Source of the DNA: Pavona decussata
Lineage: Eukaryota
Direction of reading: 5' to 3'
Assembly (NCBI GenBank): GCA_977016875.1
Contig: CDRNST010000008.1
Coordinates: 1,550,001 to 1,614,000 of the forward strand
Length of the DNA: 64,000 bases
The translations under genes and the position numbers were made by a program. Below, one piece after another: positions 1-13,306 of the stretch. The stretch's first letter is position 1. The number at the start of each line of letters is the position of its first letter. A model generated the notes under the pieces. It had not been told where the DNA came from. It ran no database searches and worked only from the letters and a program-made list of their open reading frames with translations.

Positions 1-19
1 TACATCTAGTATTTTGCAG

Positions 20-876
20 ATGCTACTAATGGAGGTGTGTTTGCCCGGGATTTTAATACCTCGACTGAACAAATAAAACTTGATGGTACAGGTACATCAT
101 TGTAGGTATTATATCCCTAATTATAAAATTTTATACAGGCCTGTAGTGCTGCTGTTTACATGTAGCGACTGCACTTCATCCTTGAAAGGTCCTTATGTGA
201 TAACAAATAATTCTTGAGCATGTTAATCAAATTTTGTGTTGGCTTGTCAAATTAAGAAAGATTACAAACTCGATCATGTTACATTTAATCCTCATTTTTT
301 CAACATTTTTCTTCAATTGTCATTCAAGGATTTCTCTGTCTAACTGTGTTGTTGGAAACAATAAATTATCGTCTCGTCCTTTTTTTATTTAATCCCAATA
401 TTTATTTACTGGTTTGCAATTTGAATTGCGTGTTATAAACACTTCACTTATTCTGGCTATATGTAGTGTTCAAATCAAATTACTTGAATTACAAATATAA
501 CTTGAATGTAGTTGTTTATGTGGTGAAATATGTATACATGTATGTAGGGAATCTTGTGCCAATGTACATGTAATAGTGGTAATGTAATAAATGCAAAAAA
601 AATAATAAAAAAAGAGCTAAAATTAATTCTAAATGGGTGGGGGGTGGTGCAAATAAGTGCATTTAAGTTAATACTAAAACTGCTCTCGATGCCCTTGTTT
701 AAGATGTGAAGCAAGATGTGGAGCTGAGAAAAAAAGCTTGGGAGCAGGAACTAGAGGAGTTGACAGAATTGTTTAAAAGATTGTGCAAGTGTCACAAGAA
801 GAAATTAGAAAAAGAGAATGAACATCTTGCTGTAGTTGCTGCAACCAAGCAGCTGGAGATGTTGAAGGGGGTATAG
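20..876 (+). CDS. Last two putative exons (20-91, 704-876) of an unidentified gene with a coiled-coil C-terminus
   Basis: ttgcAG|20..91|GTac and ttaAG|704 are phase-1 compatible and give DATNGGVFARDFNTSTEQIKLDGTD-VKQDVELRKKAWEQELEELTELFKRLCKCHKKKLEKENEHLAVVAATKQLEMLKGV* (TAG 874-876). No recognisable family. Confidence 0.4.
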
Positions 877-2371
877 TATTGAATTCATCACATAAAATAA
901 TGGAGCACAGTATAGTGCAATGTAAAAAAACATTATAATCACGTACCTAGAAATTGTCTTGCTTCTAACATCAGTAGAAAAAGTGAATGATCTTATTAAT
1001 TTAATTAACATATAACATATATTTATTGTTAGTGTACATGAACATGATTAGTTAGTCAGTTACTTATAAGTCTTTTGAAAAAGGGACTCATGGACATCTT
1101 ATTGAACAGGTCTCTGGTAGCATTGTTAAACATACACTTTAAAAACTGTGAATTATGCAACAAAAACCAACCAGCGCAACCAAAACTTCCAGCCATGCAG
1201 CCTGATTTACCGACAAGACCATGGTAAAAGCTTGGGTCGGATATCTTCCAGTTCAACGGATCAAAGTATCTGATTATCGTTGACTATTACTCAAGGTTCC
1301 CTGTCATCAGACCGCTGAAAGACATGTCTGCAGCAACTATCTCCAATCACTTTACCAGCGTTCTTGCCGAATATGGTCTACCGTCCATGATAACCGCTGA
1401 CTTTGGGAGCCAATACGTCAGCGAGGAGTTTAAGAAGAAATGCGAGCAGAGTGGTATCACTTTAACCTTCAGTTCACCATACCACCACCAGGCAAACAGC
1501 ATTGCAGAAAAGAGTGTTGGCACTTGCAAGTCCCTTTGGAAGAAAGTAGTAGAGAGTAAGCAGTGTCCAGACACCGTCCTCTGGATGTACAGAATAACTC
1601 CTTTCGATGATCAACTTCCATCGCCTTATGAGCTTCTTTATGGATGCAAACCCAGGTCACTTCTACCAAACAACAAGTCTGCCCTCCAATCAAAACATGC
1701 TAACAAGGAAGAGCACCAAGAAGCTAACCTGCGAAAACAAACAAGGTAAGCAGATTACTACAACAGAAGGGCCAGCTGGGACAAACAAGTTCTTGACACC
1801 TCAGAAACAGTGTATACATGGAACTCGCACAAGCATATTTGGGAACTAGGCAAGATATTCAGCCACCCACATCCTAACCGAGAGCCGAGAACATATATTG
1901 TCAAAAAGAACGGCAAACTTTACCAGGGAACAAGAGAGCATTTGCGGCCACAGGGCACTAACAAGGTTCCACCTACACAGACGAAGGAATGCCATTCCTC
2001 ACCACCCTCCTCTTGCGCACTACCCGAATCAGTACGGACCTTTAGCACCGACAACGAGGACGCGAACGTCACCGACCGGAAGTTGAGAAAATGAACTTTG
2101 ATGCTACTACGCATGCTCAATCGTGCAGAACTCGTCGTCCACACCTCGTTCAGGACGCCGTTTGCCGCCATTTGGCGTACAGAGTTGAACGAAGGTATGT
2201 TTTATATTTTAACTAACTTTTGCTGACTTATCTTGGGGATTTTTTCAATCTAAAGTGTCGGTTAGTGGACAAGATAGATACCGTGAGTTATTTGATCGGA
2301 CCGTGAAGAAATAATCTTGGTTTCTTACTTTCTTTTCACCTGCAGGAAGAGCTTTGAGCTTCACAGCTGTG

Positions 2372-3807
2372 ATGGCGGATGATGATACTAAGAGTACAGG
2401 GTTCGTACATAAACCTTATAGGTGTTTTTTGACATATACGTCGCATGCTTTCAACTACATTTCATTATGTCTTTGAAAATTTCAATTTGCCCGTTTAAAT
2501 TTGCGGTTACGGATCGACTTAAGGTCATTCTGAATCGTTTAATGGCTCACTAAGTTGTTATTGATACTGAAAAAAGTCCCTAAATTGTCGTAGAGGGCAA
2601 TTTTATATTCAAAGATTGCCAAAACGTGTTACAAGTTTTACCCTGTTTTAATTTTAGCCGGAGGAAAAAAATTAACAAAACTTTATTTATAAATTACAGC
2701 TCTGAAAACTTAGTTTATATACTTCAGGCCTTAAGATTAAATTAATTTTACTTGCCATACAGCTTAAGTCATATGAACACTGATTGTAAAAATAATTCGT
2801 TACTTAATGAAAATTTGTATTTATTTTCAGAAATTATGCCATGAAATGGTCAGAAGAGCACGATCTTATGCTTTGCAGAGAAGTCCTTGTCTTGGAACCA
2901 TGGAAGTTTCCTAAGCAAAGTAAACAAAGAGGAGATATCTGGGGTGAAGTAGCACTAGATTTAAATGGCACAAGCTATCCCAAATTCAAAGTCAGCAAGC
3001 GCTCTGTCAGGGACAGACTCACTCTTTTGGTCAGCAAATAGAAAGAAAAGATGAGAAAGGAGGAGCAAGGTTCTGGGATTGAATTTATTAGATCCTGTAT
3101 TGATAATGTATATATATAGATTCTTAGTTTCCCTTTTTATCATATTTTTTATATCTTTATTTATTGTACCTAGTTTTATCCGTACTTTTTATCGATTTTA
3201 TTAATTGTAAATACGCAATTCAGCCTTCGGGCTGCCATGTATTGATTATTAAAGTACCTATCTATCATCTTTCTCGAATGTGAGGATGAAACTGAATTAG
3301 AGAAGGCATTGTCTGAGATCATCGAAAAAGAGCAAGCGGCTGATATGGAAAGGAAAGAAAATTCAAATACTCTTACCAAGAAGAATGAAAGTGAGAAAGC
3401 TTCAGCAGAAGAGAGTAGACTGAAGGCCATGGAGCGCCTGGGGCAAAGCAAAAAGAGGAATGCTGATGCAGGCCCTGATCATGTTACTCACCAAAAAGCA
3501 GAAAAAGCACCACTAAAGCTGTGCAAATTCTGAAAGAAAAAATTGAGCAGGAAAGGAGAGCAGGAAGGAAGAAATGGAAATGAAGAAGAAAGAGCAAGAA
3601 AATAAAGCTGCCGAGCAACAGATGCTGATGGATCAGCAGAGACACAGCCAGCAACAATACCAGGATGTGTTAAAGGTCATGACTGAACAGCAGCAGAGAC
3701 AGGAACAGCAGATGCAAAACTTCCAAATGCTTTTTTTGCAGCAGCAACAACAGCAGAGCCAGATACTCATGGGTTTACTGGAAAGAGTCTTGCCCAAGTC
3801 TTCATAA
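2372..3807 (+). pseudogene. Harbinger Myb/SANT-like DNA-binding protein with Q-rich tail, disrupted
   Basis: Exon 2372-2400 splices in frame to 2831 (MADDDTKSTG-NYAMKWSEEHDLMLCREV..W..VALDLN..SVRDR). There is a stop at 3039-3041, an insertion at about 3085-3275, and a frameshift near 3500. Confidence 0.8.
3085..3275 (+). mobile_element. 3' UTR remnant of an L2/CR1-group LINE inserted in the Myb exon
   Basis: AT-rich insert between GAAT repeats that interrupts SGI-E-CED. It carries the hairpin CAGCC-TTCG-GGCTG, an ATTAAA and a (CTAT)n tail. Confidence 0.6.
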
Positions 3808-4687
3808 GAGGAAGGTTAAGAAAAACATTTGCACACTTTAGCCCTTTGGGACCATGTTGTGGTTGACATTTTATTTACTGTTCGATTTTTAAAATTAACA
3901 TTGATTAAAAATATATAGTTGAAGCTTAAGAAAACTTAAGTGAACCCTTTCACCCATAGGGGTGCCGAGTTAAGAACTGAAAGATAAGTTAAATTTAATA
4001 TTCATATTTTGTTATAATTGTAAGTGTAACGTGATTTTTATGGCAACCCAATTTTTCCTACAGGTCTGACCAAAATCTATATTTGTGTTTTATCTGCCTT
4101 TCCCTCAAAAATTTAACAAGTTTTGAAGATCATGCCAGGAAAGATTCAGTATTTTCAAAGGGGGTGTCTGTTTACAAATATATTGTTTATTATTATTTTT
4201 ATTTTAACCCAAAGTTTTTTAAGGGGAGCATGTTGGATGTTAGCAAATATGTTAGGTTTGTTATTTTAGCTTCAAATATCAACAATTTTTACACCTTACT
4301 CAGTGTCATTGTCCTTATTTTCTATTTTAATGTGTTTATTTTCATTTTTCTGGTTAATCAAAGGGGGGGGGGGGGGTTAGCCACCCAATTCATTCCCCCC
4401 TGGGGACCATGATCTGCCCCTGAATGTCTCTTCCCTTCTCCCAAGATTTTTTTTTTAGAGGGGGTAAGGTACTTTCTGCCCACCCTCAGTATAAAAAAAG
4501 CATAGGCTAATAAGGGTTAAAGGACCAGTCTTTGTAGAAGAGCGTAGGCTATGGGATTTTTCATTTGTTCCTGCAATGTGTTATGTCCCCTTCCCTCAAT
4601 TCTACATTTTATGCCCCATCACATTAATTTTATTGTTTGTCCAGAAAAATAAAGCTGTGTCATCAAAATAAATTCAGCTATTTTACT

Positions 4688-5620
4688 TTATTGAAAGTAT
4701 TGCTCCAGAGTGGGGGGCTCAATACCAAAGTAATCGCTGGTGTTATTACCATAAAGGCATGTTATGGCATTACGAAGTAGTGCGCACACAGCATACATTT
4801 TGCCGACACTGCTTAGGCCGATCTTCAACTTCTTTTTAAAGTCAAGAAATTTGAAAGAATTAATGACATCACCGAAAAGTTTGTATAACTTGTATAGTAA
4901 TTTAGAACATCTTGTTATCGATTTGTGTTTAATGAAGTTCATTTTTATTACTATTAAAAAGAAAATCAAATTAAAAACTCACCAACCAGTCCATATAAGT
5001 TTCCGATGAGTCCATTTGGTAGGGACAGGGATTGGAATTTCAGGGCATGGACCCTTTTATGTCCATTATAAACACTTCTCTGATGTTCATCAGGTCTTGA
5101 AATGGGTCGCACTGTCCCATAGACAAAACCAAAACAATTGTCGAGGGGGGCGCCTTTTCCTGATATGGCATCTGCATAACGTTGTAAAGCCCCAGGATTC
5201 AGGAGATCTTGATTCCATTGAGTTAGAAGGTGGCTGTGAACGTCAAAGATATAGTCCATGACATCATTTGTGATCAAACTTATGACAGAAACTGGTCGGC
5301 CAAATCGCGGAATCATATCAGTGAGTCGGCATGGATAGGCAACTCGTTTGAGAAGCATACATGGGGCCTTCTATGTCATCGCAAATACTCCTGTGCTCGC
5401 ATTTAAACACCGGTGGTAGTTGGAGTGCTGCAACAAGGCGAGGGAGGTCTTGCTTCTCGACACGAAACTCTGCTTTGCATTCGGCGGAGTTCATAGAATC
5501 CAGATCGAGTGGTTCGTAGTTTTCATGAGGGAAGTCTGGATTTTTTGAACTGAAAGTATCGTAAAGCAATAAAAATTCTTCATCTGAAACAGAAACATCA
5601 CGAAATTCCTTAAAGGACAT
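4688..5620 (-). pseudogene. Harbinger DDE_Tnp_4 (HARBI1-like) transposase, frameshifted and internally deleted
   Basis: CKAEFRVEKQDL..LKRVAYPCR..CFGFV(Y)GT.RPI.RP..YNGHKRVHALKFQS, then a donor GTGAG near 4983 joined directly to LFGDVINSFKFLDFKK. The central catalytic exon is missing. Confidence 0.88.
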
Positions 5621-7205
5621 TTTCTCTGTCGACTTCAACTGGAAGAGACTCGTCCTCATAGCCGTAGCCGGCGCGGTCTGCTAAATGTTTATGTTTCCCG
5701 CCGTGAACCACCGTCTCGTTCCAGGACCCACTCGGTTAAACAAGACCTCGTCCACTTTCTCGGCGTCGGTGCAAAAGGTCCCTAGTGTTGGATTACCCGA
5801 CTGAACCACCTGCTACAGCACTGAGTAATGCCAGTCAAGGATCCAAAACCAGGGAATCCACTTCAGCCAAGGCCAGGAACTGAAGTCATTGTCGTGAAGG
5901 GAGGGAAACTTTCATATCAGCCAAGAAGCCAGGTGACAAGGTCAGGACGGATGACTCATGTGCCAGTCAAGTTCAAGGATTAAGACTTCATTTGAAGTGA
6001 CATTAAACAGTAATCGTGACAGTAGTTATATTTCTATAGCAAACCTGCTCTTAACTGTTCCTGTTATTTTGACATTATATGTCATCTTCCACGCTAAGAA
6101 ACATTGGACAGCCGTTGTTCATATTAATTCCTCGGACACATATGCCTGTTCAGCAGGTGTTCATTGATGTTGTTTTGTTAGAGGGGGATGTCATAGTACG
6201 GACCTATGTTCATGGCTGTAAAGGGCCTGGTCTGAGCTCATTAGCATTCCATGTGTTCCAAGATGACTGCTCCGCTCGTTGTATTTCGAGCACCTCTGCG
6301 AGTTTATGTCAATAAACCCACGGTTCAATCTATTACACCAGGATTGGATTATTGGTACACAGGAAAAACACTAAAGTTAATCTAACATTGGTAAATTTAA
6401 AATCACTAAGACATACCATTAATAACCCAATGTTGGAAAATAATCAATGTTACGAATTGCCAACATGGGAATATCACAGGAAATTTAAGGGTATCTTACT
6501 CGTGTAATACTCCAAGCTTGGAATAATGTTGGCGTATTTTTTGCAATTATTATCGGAAAATTGAAAAAAAAAAAAAAACAGGTTTGTTGAATGTCTAATT
6601 TTGGATACAAATATCTTCCCATAGAACTAGTGGAATGCAGTGTGTTGACTCCATTTTCTGACTCTAAAAAAATGTACAGTGCAATAAATATATCCAACTG
6701 GGCCACCTGGGGTTTTTCAGCCAATCAGAGAATGATTTGTTAACAATGAATCTTCAGTGACTTTGTGGTTTTCATAACTTAATCAAAATAATGTATTCCT
6801 AAATTAATGTACATGTACATGTATTCTACGCAATGAAAACAGACCTGACAGGTCCAAAGTAAAGATTTCATCAGTGAATTATTTTGAAGCAACTGGGAAC
6901 AAACTTTTCACTGATAAAGCAGTCGTGCTCAGTTTTAATCAATAACATGTTAAATGTGGCTGGTATTTGCAACAACCGACTTTTCAAAGCAAAGATTTCA
7001 TCTGAGGATCAATAAGTAATATTATTTTGAAGTGGCCAGGAACAAACGTTTTTAGAAAAAGTGGTCATGATCATGTGGACAGTATTTACTGATGAAATAT
7101 TTGAGTTGGATCCATTAATGTCTGTAAACACACAGCTATAGAGTGCATGAGTGACACTGTATACTTACAAATATCTGGGAAATGTGCATTAAAATAGTGC
7201 TTAGC

Positions 7206-7820
7206 TTAATGCTGAAACTCCTCCCATTGAGTGTAGCGAGTGGTCCACTCGCCATCCAAATCAATCTCAAGAACACTAATCAGGTGAACTTCTTGGGCAG
7301 GTGAATTGTCCGGTATCCAAATTCTGTTGCTCTGCTTTTCAAAAAACTTAACAGTTACAGTTTTTTACCTCGTGCTGAATGCAAGGACAAGCTCTTTCCA
7401 AAGAACATCTTCACTGTCACCTCTTACCAGGATCATGTCATTTTTAACAGGATAATAAGGGACAACAACTGTACCAGCACTGATTGGAAAAATTCTTCTC
7501 ATGAAATCAGTTACTAAGTACAATGGTCCTCCAGCTTCATCACTTTCATGAAGAAGAGCATCACTTTTCTGCTTATGTTTCGAAGTGGTGCAACTGTATC
7601 ATTATCCGTTTCACTAACTACTTTCATTCCGTTATTGCTGAAACCCTGTTCCTCAAATTTCTTTGCTCTGAGAAAGAGTTTCCATTGATCAACGACAAAC
7701 ACACATAACAGATCCAACATCGTTACAATTGTCTCTCCATCTTGCGTTATAACAACAGCATGTTCCTTTTCTCTGTAGGGTAAGCCATCATAACCATGAT
7801 AGGGAAACCATACACTACTT
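7206..7820 (-). pseudogene. Probable C-terminal part of the same EnSpm-like transposase
   Basis: SVWFPYHGYDGLPYREKEHAVV..ISRKVMLF / YLVTDFMRRIFPISAGTVVVPYYPVKNDMILVRGD..TQWEEFQH*. Same strand, lies exactly on the far side of the Copia/IS3EU block, and ends about 850 bp from the left TIR. Confidence 0.55.
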
Positions 7821-8777
7821 ATTTAAATTGGTTGAATTAATTGCTCCTTTGCGGGAGAAGATTTCCAGGGATGTGCTCTTCCCGCAAAACTACTCCATTT
7901 ACTGTGCCCCCCAAGAGGCAAAAGCTGACAGGATATGTTCCAGCCAAAGCATCTTTTACCCCCAAGGAGACCTGGACGCACGACTTCTGTGTCTTGGCCA
8001 GACAAGATGAAAATGTTACTCCCTCAAGGGCCAGGCTTAATAAACTTTTAGATGCTGGTCTTGGAAAGGCACGACTTGCAGTTCAAAAGAATGCAAGCCA
8101 CAAAGAACTAAGTACAGCTCTGGAAAATCATTTTCCAAGAGACAGAGACAATTGTCTCTAGTCTATCCTAGTGCCTTTGGGTATACAGTGCCACATTTGC
8201 GGGAGAGCTTTGGTCAGGCTGTGGCCTACATCCGCCCTCTCCAGACGGATTTAGATGAGAGTCCATTGAAACAAGAGGTAAAACACTCATGCAGTCCAGG
8301 CAAATGCTTAATATTTAGCTATTACTCTTAGCAGCACCACAGAAAAATGTGCTCTTGTTTCACCTTTTACTAAGGGACCAGTGTAATTTACTTTTTTTTT
8401 CTTGTTTGACCATAAAATGTACACCAAATGAAAATAAAATGAAACATCTATTTGTAGGTTGGACTTACCCCAAAGGTAGATTGTGTGAATTGTGGACTCT
8501 CTATTCCCATGGCAATGGTTAGAGACCACCGACAGCAATGCAGAGGTGGATCCTCAAGGTAAACTAAACTCATATTGCATCCTGGGTATATCAATGTTAG
8601 TGTCAGATAATGACCAGAATGTGTGGATACACCTATACCTTGAACATATAATGTTATACATTTCTTTTGTATGCCGTGGTGTTTATGACAGTGTTATGTT
8701 TAATTAACAGTTCGCTTTGAGTTATGTTGGTAAACATTTTTTCCCAAGTAGTTTAACATTTGACAGTTGGTGGTTAG

Positions 8778-11700
8778 TGTTGTGATACTGCATAAATTAG
8801 CATGCATTTCTGTATCACGTGATTTATTGTTATGTAATCTGACCTCGTGGTCTTTTGCTCGCCGCCATTAAAGTTGTTAAGTTGTGTTGATGCTCGGTGT
8901 CCTTACGTTGATCGTAACATGGTGTCAGAGAGCGGGATCTAGACCAAATTATCAAGGTTCACTTCCTAGCTTGGAAGTCTTCAAGTCCGTTCAAGTTCGT
9001 CCGTTATTGGTAGGCTCACTGAAGTCTATAGTTTTCGTTCGAGTGTGTTTGGATCGTTGCACGTTTTACATGGCTGCTGTTAGTACTACCGCTAAAATCC
9101 CCTCGCCGTTGAATCTTTCCGACCGTTTGCATCAAGGAGAAAATTGGAAATCATTTCGTCGTGAATGGAAGTTTTACGAGCTAGCGGCTGGCATTCACAA
9201 GAAAGCACAGGAAGTTCGGGTGGCTTCGTTGTTAAACGTGATCAGCAAAGAAGGAATGGACATGTACGAAACCTTTCAATGGGGAAACTCGTCGGACGCT
9301 CTAAAAATTGACAAGGTCTTGGAAAAGTTCGAGGAACGTTGTGTCCCTGCACGTAACGAAACCTACGAGAGATATGTTTTCTTCAAACGTGAGCAATGGT
9401 CAAATGAATCGCTTAATAGTTACATAACTGCATTGATGAAGCTTTCAGAATCATGTGGTTTTGGCGCACTTCGTGAATCGCTCGTTCGCCCCGGCTAATT
9501 CTTGGTGTGAAGGATGACAGAGTTCGTGAAAAGCTTCTTGGAAAGCGAGACCTCGACCTAGATAAAGCCATCGAAGCTATCAAAGCAAGTCAAGTTACTC
9601 ACTCGCGAGCGACAGAAATCTCAGAAGAATTTTCAGCTAACGAAGATATTAATGCAGTGGGGCAAAGGTCGAAACCCAAGCGCGGGAAAGTTCCGCACCA
9701 CAAACCTCCCAGCAAGGACCCTCCCAAGATTAAAGAGTGTTTGTTTTGTGGTGGTACACATGCACTGGAAAGGAAATTGTGTCCAGCTTCAGGTCAGAAA
9801 TGCAAGAAGTGTGGTAAAGAAGGCCATTTTGCAGTCAAGTGCCGAAGCAAGTCTGAAGATGCAAAAGTTCACATGGTCGAACAAGAAGTCTTTTACGTTC
9901 ATAGTGTCAGTGGTAAAGATCAAGCTCTTGTTTCGCTTACTTTGAATGGTTCAGCATCAGTAACCTTTCAAATTGACACTGGTTCTTCTGCAAATATCTT
10001 GCCACTACAGGATTACATCAGGGCAAGAAAAGATTACAGTAAAGCTAACATTGTTCCTAAAGACATCACACTAGTTATGCACGATCGCTCAAAGCGAAAG
10101 GCTCTTGGTTTTGCAAGGCTGAAAGTGGCACATAAAGGTAGCAAGCATGAACTCAACTTTGTTATTGTTGATCAAGATGTTACTCCTTTGCTTGGTTTGA
10201 AGTCATCCCAAGGCATGGGTCTTGTGAAGATTATGGTACCTGGTGTTGATACCTCTGTCAATAATGTAGTTGCAGCTCCAAAGAAAGAGTGAGCAGTTTC
10301 TGAGAATGTCACAAAGGATCCTCTACTAATCCTTTTTGCTGATGTGTTTCAAGGTATTGGCTGTTTACCTGGAGAATACAGCATTGAGCTAAGCAAGGAT
10401 GTGCAACCTGTAGTTCACCCCCCACGAAGAGTGCCTGTTCCTAAGAAGGAAGCAATGAAGGCAGAGCTTGACAGGATGGTTGTTGACAAGATAGTTACTC
10501 CTGTTACTGAGCCAACTGATTGGGTATCCAGTGTCCTAGCAGTGCCCAAGAAGGATGGATCAGTTCGCATCTGTTTGGATCCTAAAGATTTGAACACTGC
10601 AATTAAGCGCTCTCACTATCCCTTACCGACAGTGGAAGATGTCACCTCTCGTCTCACCAATGCCAAGGTTTTCAGTGTTTTGGATGCCAAAAGTGGTTTT
10701 TGGCAAGTTAAACTGACTGAGAACTCCAGTTACCTTACCACATTTAATACCCCTTTTGGCCGTTTCCGTTGGCTGAGGATGCCATTTGGCATTAGTTCTG
10801 CGCCTGAGATATAGCAGCGGAAGATGCATGAAGCCATTGAGGGTCTGCAAGGAGTTGAAGTAATTGCTGATGATTTCCTTGTTTGTGGATTTGGAGACAC
10901 GGTAGATGAAGCAGTGAAGAATCATGATCAGAATTTAACCGCCTTTCTACAAAGATGCCGTGAGTTGAATGTAACACTTAATTTTCAGAAGATTAAGCTT
11001 CGCCTATCACGTGTACCATTCATGGGCCATTTACTCTCAGCGGATGGTGTTGTGACTGACCCAAACAAAGTTCGTGCCATACATGACATGCCTGTCCTGA
11101 CAGATGTCAAATCCTTGAAAAGATTTCTTGGCATGGTTACTTACCTAGCAAAGTTCTTACCAAATCTGTCACGTTTCTGCGAGCCATTAAGGTGACTGGA
11201 GCTTAAGGATGCTGAATGGTGTTGGCTGCCTGTTCATGATGAAGCTGTCCAAAGTATCAAGAGTCTTGTTTGTGAAGCTCCAGTGTTGAAGTTTTATGAT
11301 GTTAATCGTGAAGTCACAATTGAAAGTGATGCGTCTCTCAGTGGACTTGGTGCCTCCTTACTTCAGGAGGGACAGCCAGTTGCATTTGCCTAAAGAGCTC
11401 TAACTCCAGCGGAAAGTCGTTATGCTCAGATTGAGAAGGAACTTCTCTCCGTGGTTTTTGCATGTGAGAGGTTTGATACGTACCTGTATGGTCGAGATGT
11501 GGTGCATGTTAAAACAGATCATCAACCCCTTGAAGCCATCTTTAAGAAGGACCTTGGTTCTGCTCCCAAGCGTCTTCAAAGGATGTTGCTTCGCTTACAG
11601 TGTTACAACCTTGATGTCAAGTATCAAAAAGGAAGCTTGATGGTAATGTCTGATCCCCTGTCTCGAGCCTATCTCGACGAACCTCCTTCACAGACCGAGT

Positions 11701-13306
11701 TTTGCAATGAGCTCGAGGAGATAGTACTTGTGGAGGATCTCCCTATTTCAGAAGCACGACTGAAGGAATTAAAAGAGGGCACCGCCTCGGATGACATCCT
11801 TCAGATCCTCATGTCCAATGTCCTAGAAGGTTGGCCTAAAACCCTAGATGAAGTTCCAGCTGAGGTCAAGCCATACTTCCAAGTTCGAGATGAAATCACA
11901 GCCCAAAATGGTTTGCTGTTCAAGGGCGAGCGCCTCATTGTACCTGCCAAGTTAAGAAAGGAAATGATGGAAAAGGTCCATTCGTCCCATCTTGGTATTG
12001 AGGGCTGCCTTAGACGAGCCAGAGAAGTGTTCTACTGGCCGCGCTTGAATGCCGAGTTAAAAGATTTCATTCTCAAGTGTGATATCTGCAACTTGTACAA
12101 GCCAGCACAGCCTCGAGAACCACTAATGCCACATGAAATTCCATCAAGGCCTTGGCAAAAGGTTGGCACAGATCTGTTCTTGTTTGATCAGCGGCAGTAC
12201 TTGATTACTGTTGATTATTATTCTTCTTTCTTCGAGGTGGATAAGCTTAACGTGACAGATTCCAGAACTGTTATTGAGAAGTTGAAAATGCAGTTTAGCC
12301 GGCATGGAATTCCGGAAATCGTCATTTCTGACAATGGACCACAATATGCCTCTGCAGAGTTTGCAAAGTTTGCAAGTGACTGGCACTTTCAACACATCAC
12401 TTCCTCTCCACGGAACCCCCAAAGTAACGGAAAGGTTGAAAGTGCGGTAAAAATCTGTGAAAACATCATGAGGAAGGCCGTGCATGGAAAGTTTGACCCT
12501 TATCTTGCCCTCCTAGACTATCGTAACACGCCTACGGAAATTGGTTCATCCCCAGCACAAAGGTTGTTCAGCAGGAGAACACGCAATTTGTTACCGCTGT
12601 CAAGTAAACAACTAGAGCCTAAGTCAGTTCCCCCACAGGTTGTGCAAGATAAACTGATTAACTCTAAGCAAAAGCAGGCTTTCTACTACAACCTGAAAGG
12701 TACAGCATTACCTGAGTTGCAACCTGGACAGACTGTCAGGATGAAGAGGCCAAAAGAATCTACCTGGTCAGAAGCTGTTTGCAAGAAAATTATTGGCCCC
12801 CGTTCATATGTGGTTGTATCGGGTGGTCGAACCTACCGTCGAAATCGCCGACAGCTGCGATCAGTGCCGCAGTCAGATTTCCACCCTGTTGCAAAACCAG
12901 TAGCTGAGCCTCTACAATCAGTACTACAAACAGACCCCCCACCTGTTGTGAAACCTGCTGCTGAACATGTGGAAGCTGCATCCCCTCCAACTGTTACAAG
13001 GAGTGGTCGTACTGTCAAACCACCAGCCCGTTTTCAGGACTTTGCAACTTAAACTGTATACTTTGTTAGAAACTTTATTTTGAACATTGTTGTTTATTTT
13101 GCTAAGAAACTCAGTCGCAATTTACAAGGCTCGGTAAGACACTTTTTTTTTACAAAGGGGAAGATGTTGTGATACTGCATGAATTAGCATGCATTTCTGT
13201 ATCACGTGATTTATTGTTATGTAATCTGACCTCGTGGTCTTTTGCTCGCCGCCATTAAAGTTGTTGAGTTGTGTTGATGCTAGGTGTCCTTACGTTGATC
13301 GTAACA
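8778..13306 (+). mobile_element. Gypsy-B: full-length Ty3/Gypsy in an intron of the HECT gene
   Basis: 142-bp LTRs 8778-8919 and 13165-13306 (TG..CA, 3 mismatches), TSD GTTAG, PBS TGGTGTCAGA, PPT AAAGGGGAAGA. Confidence 0.97.
9070..13052 (+). pseudogene. Gypsy-B gag-pol
   Basis: CCHC CKKCGKEGHFAVKC, protease IDTGS, RT IADD, RNase H SDAS/TDHQPL, integrase HHCC plus DDE. Several in-frame stops and a frameshift. Confidence 0.95.

Larger units (their letters stand above)
2034..5783. mobile_element. PIF/Harbinger DNA transposon with two convergent genes
   Basis: Imperfect TIRs A(c)GGACCTTTAGCACCGAC / GTCGGTGCAAAAGGTCCCT and a 3-bp TSD AGT (2031-2033, 5784-5786). Removing the element restores the Gypsy frame (LPESVLDYPT). 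Confidence 0.9.
1141..6337 (+). mobile_element. Gypsy-A: 5'-truncated Ty3/Gypsy LTR retrotransposon (integrase plus 3' LTR), split by a Harbinger
   Basis: Integrase KNCELC..PW*KLGSDIF..VDYYS..ADFGSQY..ANSIAE. The frame resumes after 5786 and ends TRSGR..PVKFKD* (5983). PPT AGAGGGGGA, then LTR TGTCATAG..CTATTACA at 6189-6337. Confidence 0.9.

Noticed and set aside
6860-7080. Degenerate direct repeat (AAAGATTTCATC..ATTATTTTGAAG..GGAACAAAC)
   Set aside because: Only two diverged copies in a 3' non-coding region, with no supportable function.
8884-9069. Signal-peptide-like N-terminal extension of Gypsy-B gag
   Set aside because: It starts at a non-ATG codon within the LTR and crosses the PBS. 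The likely start is 9070.
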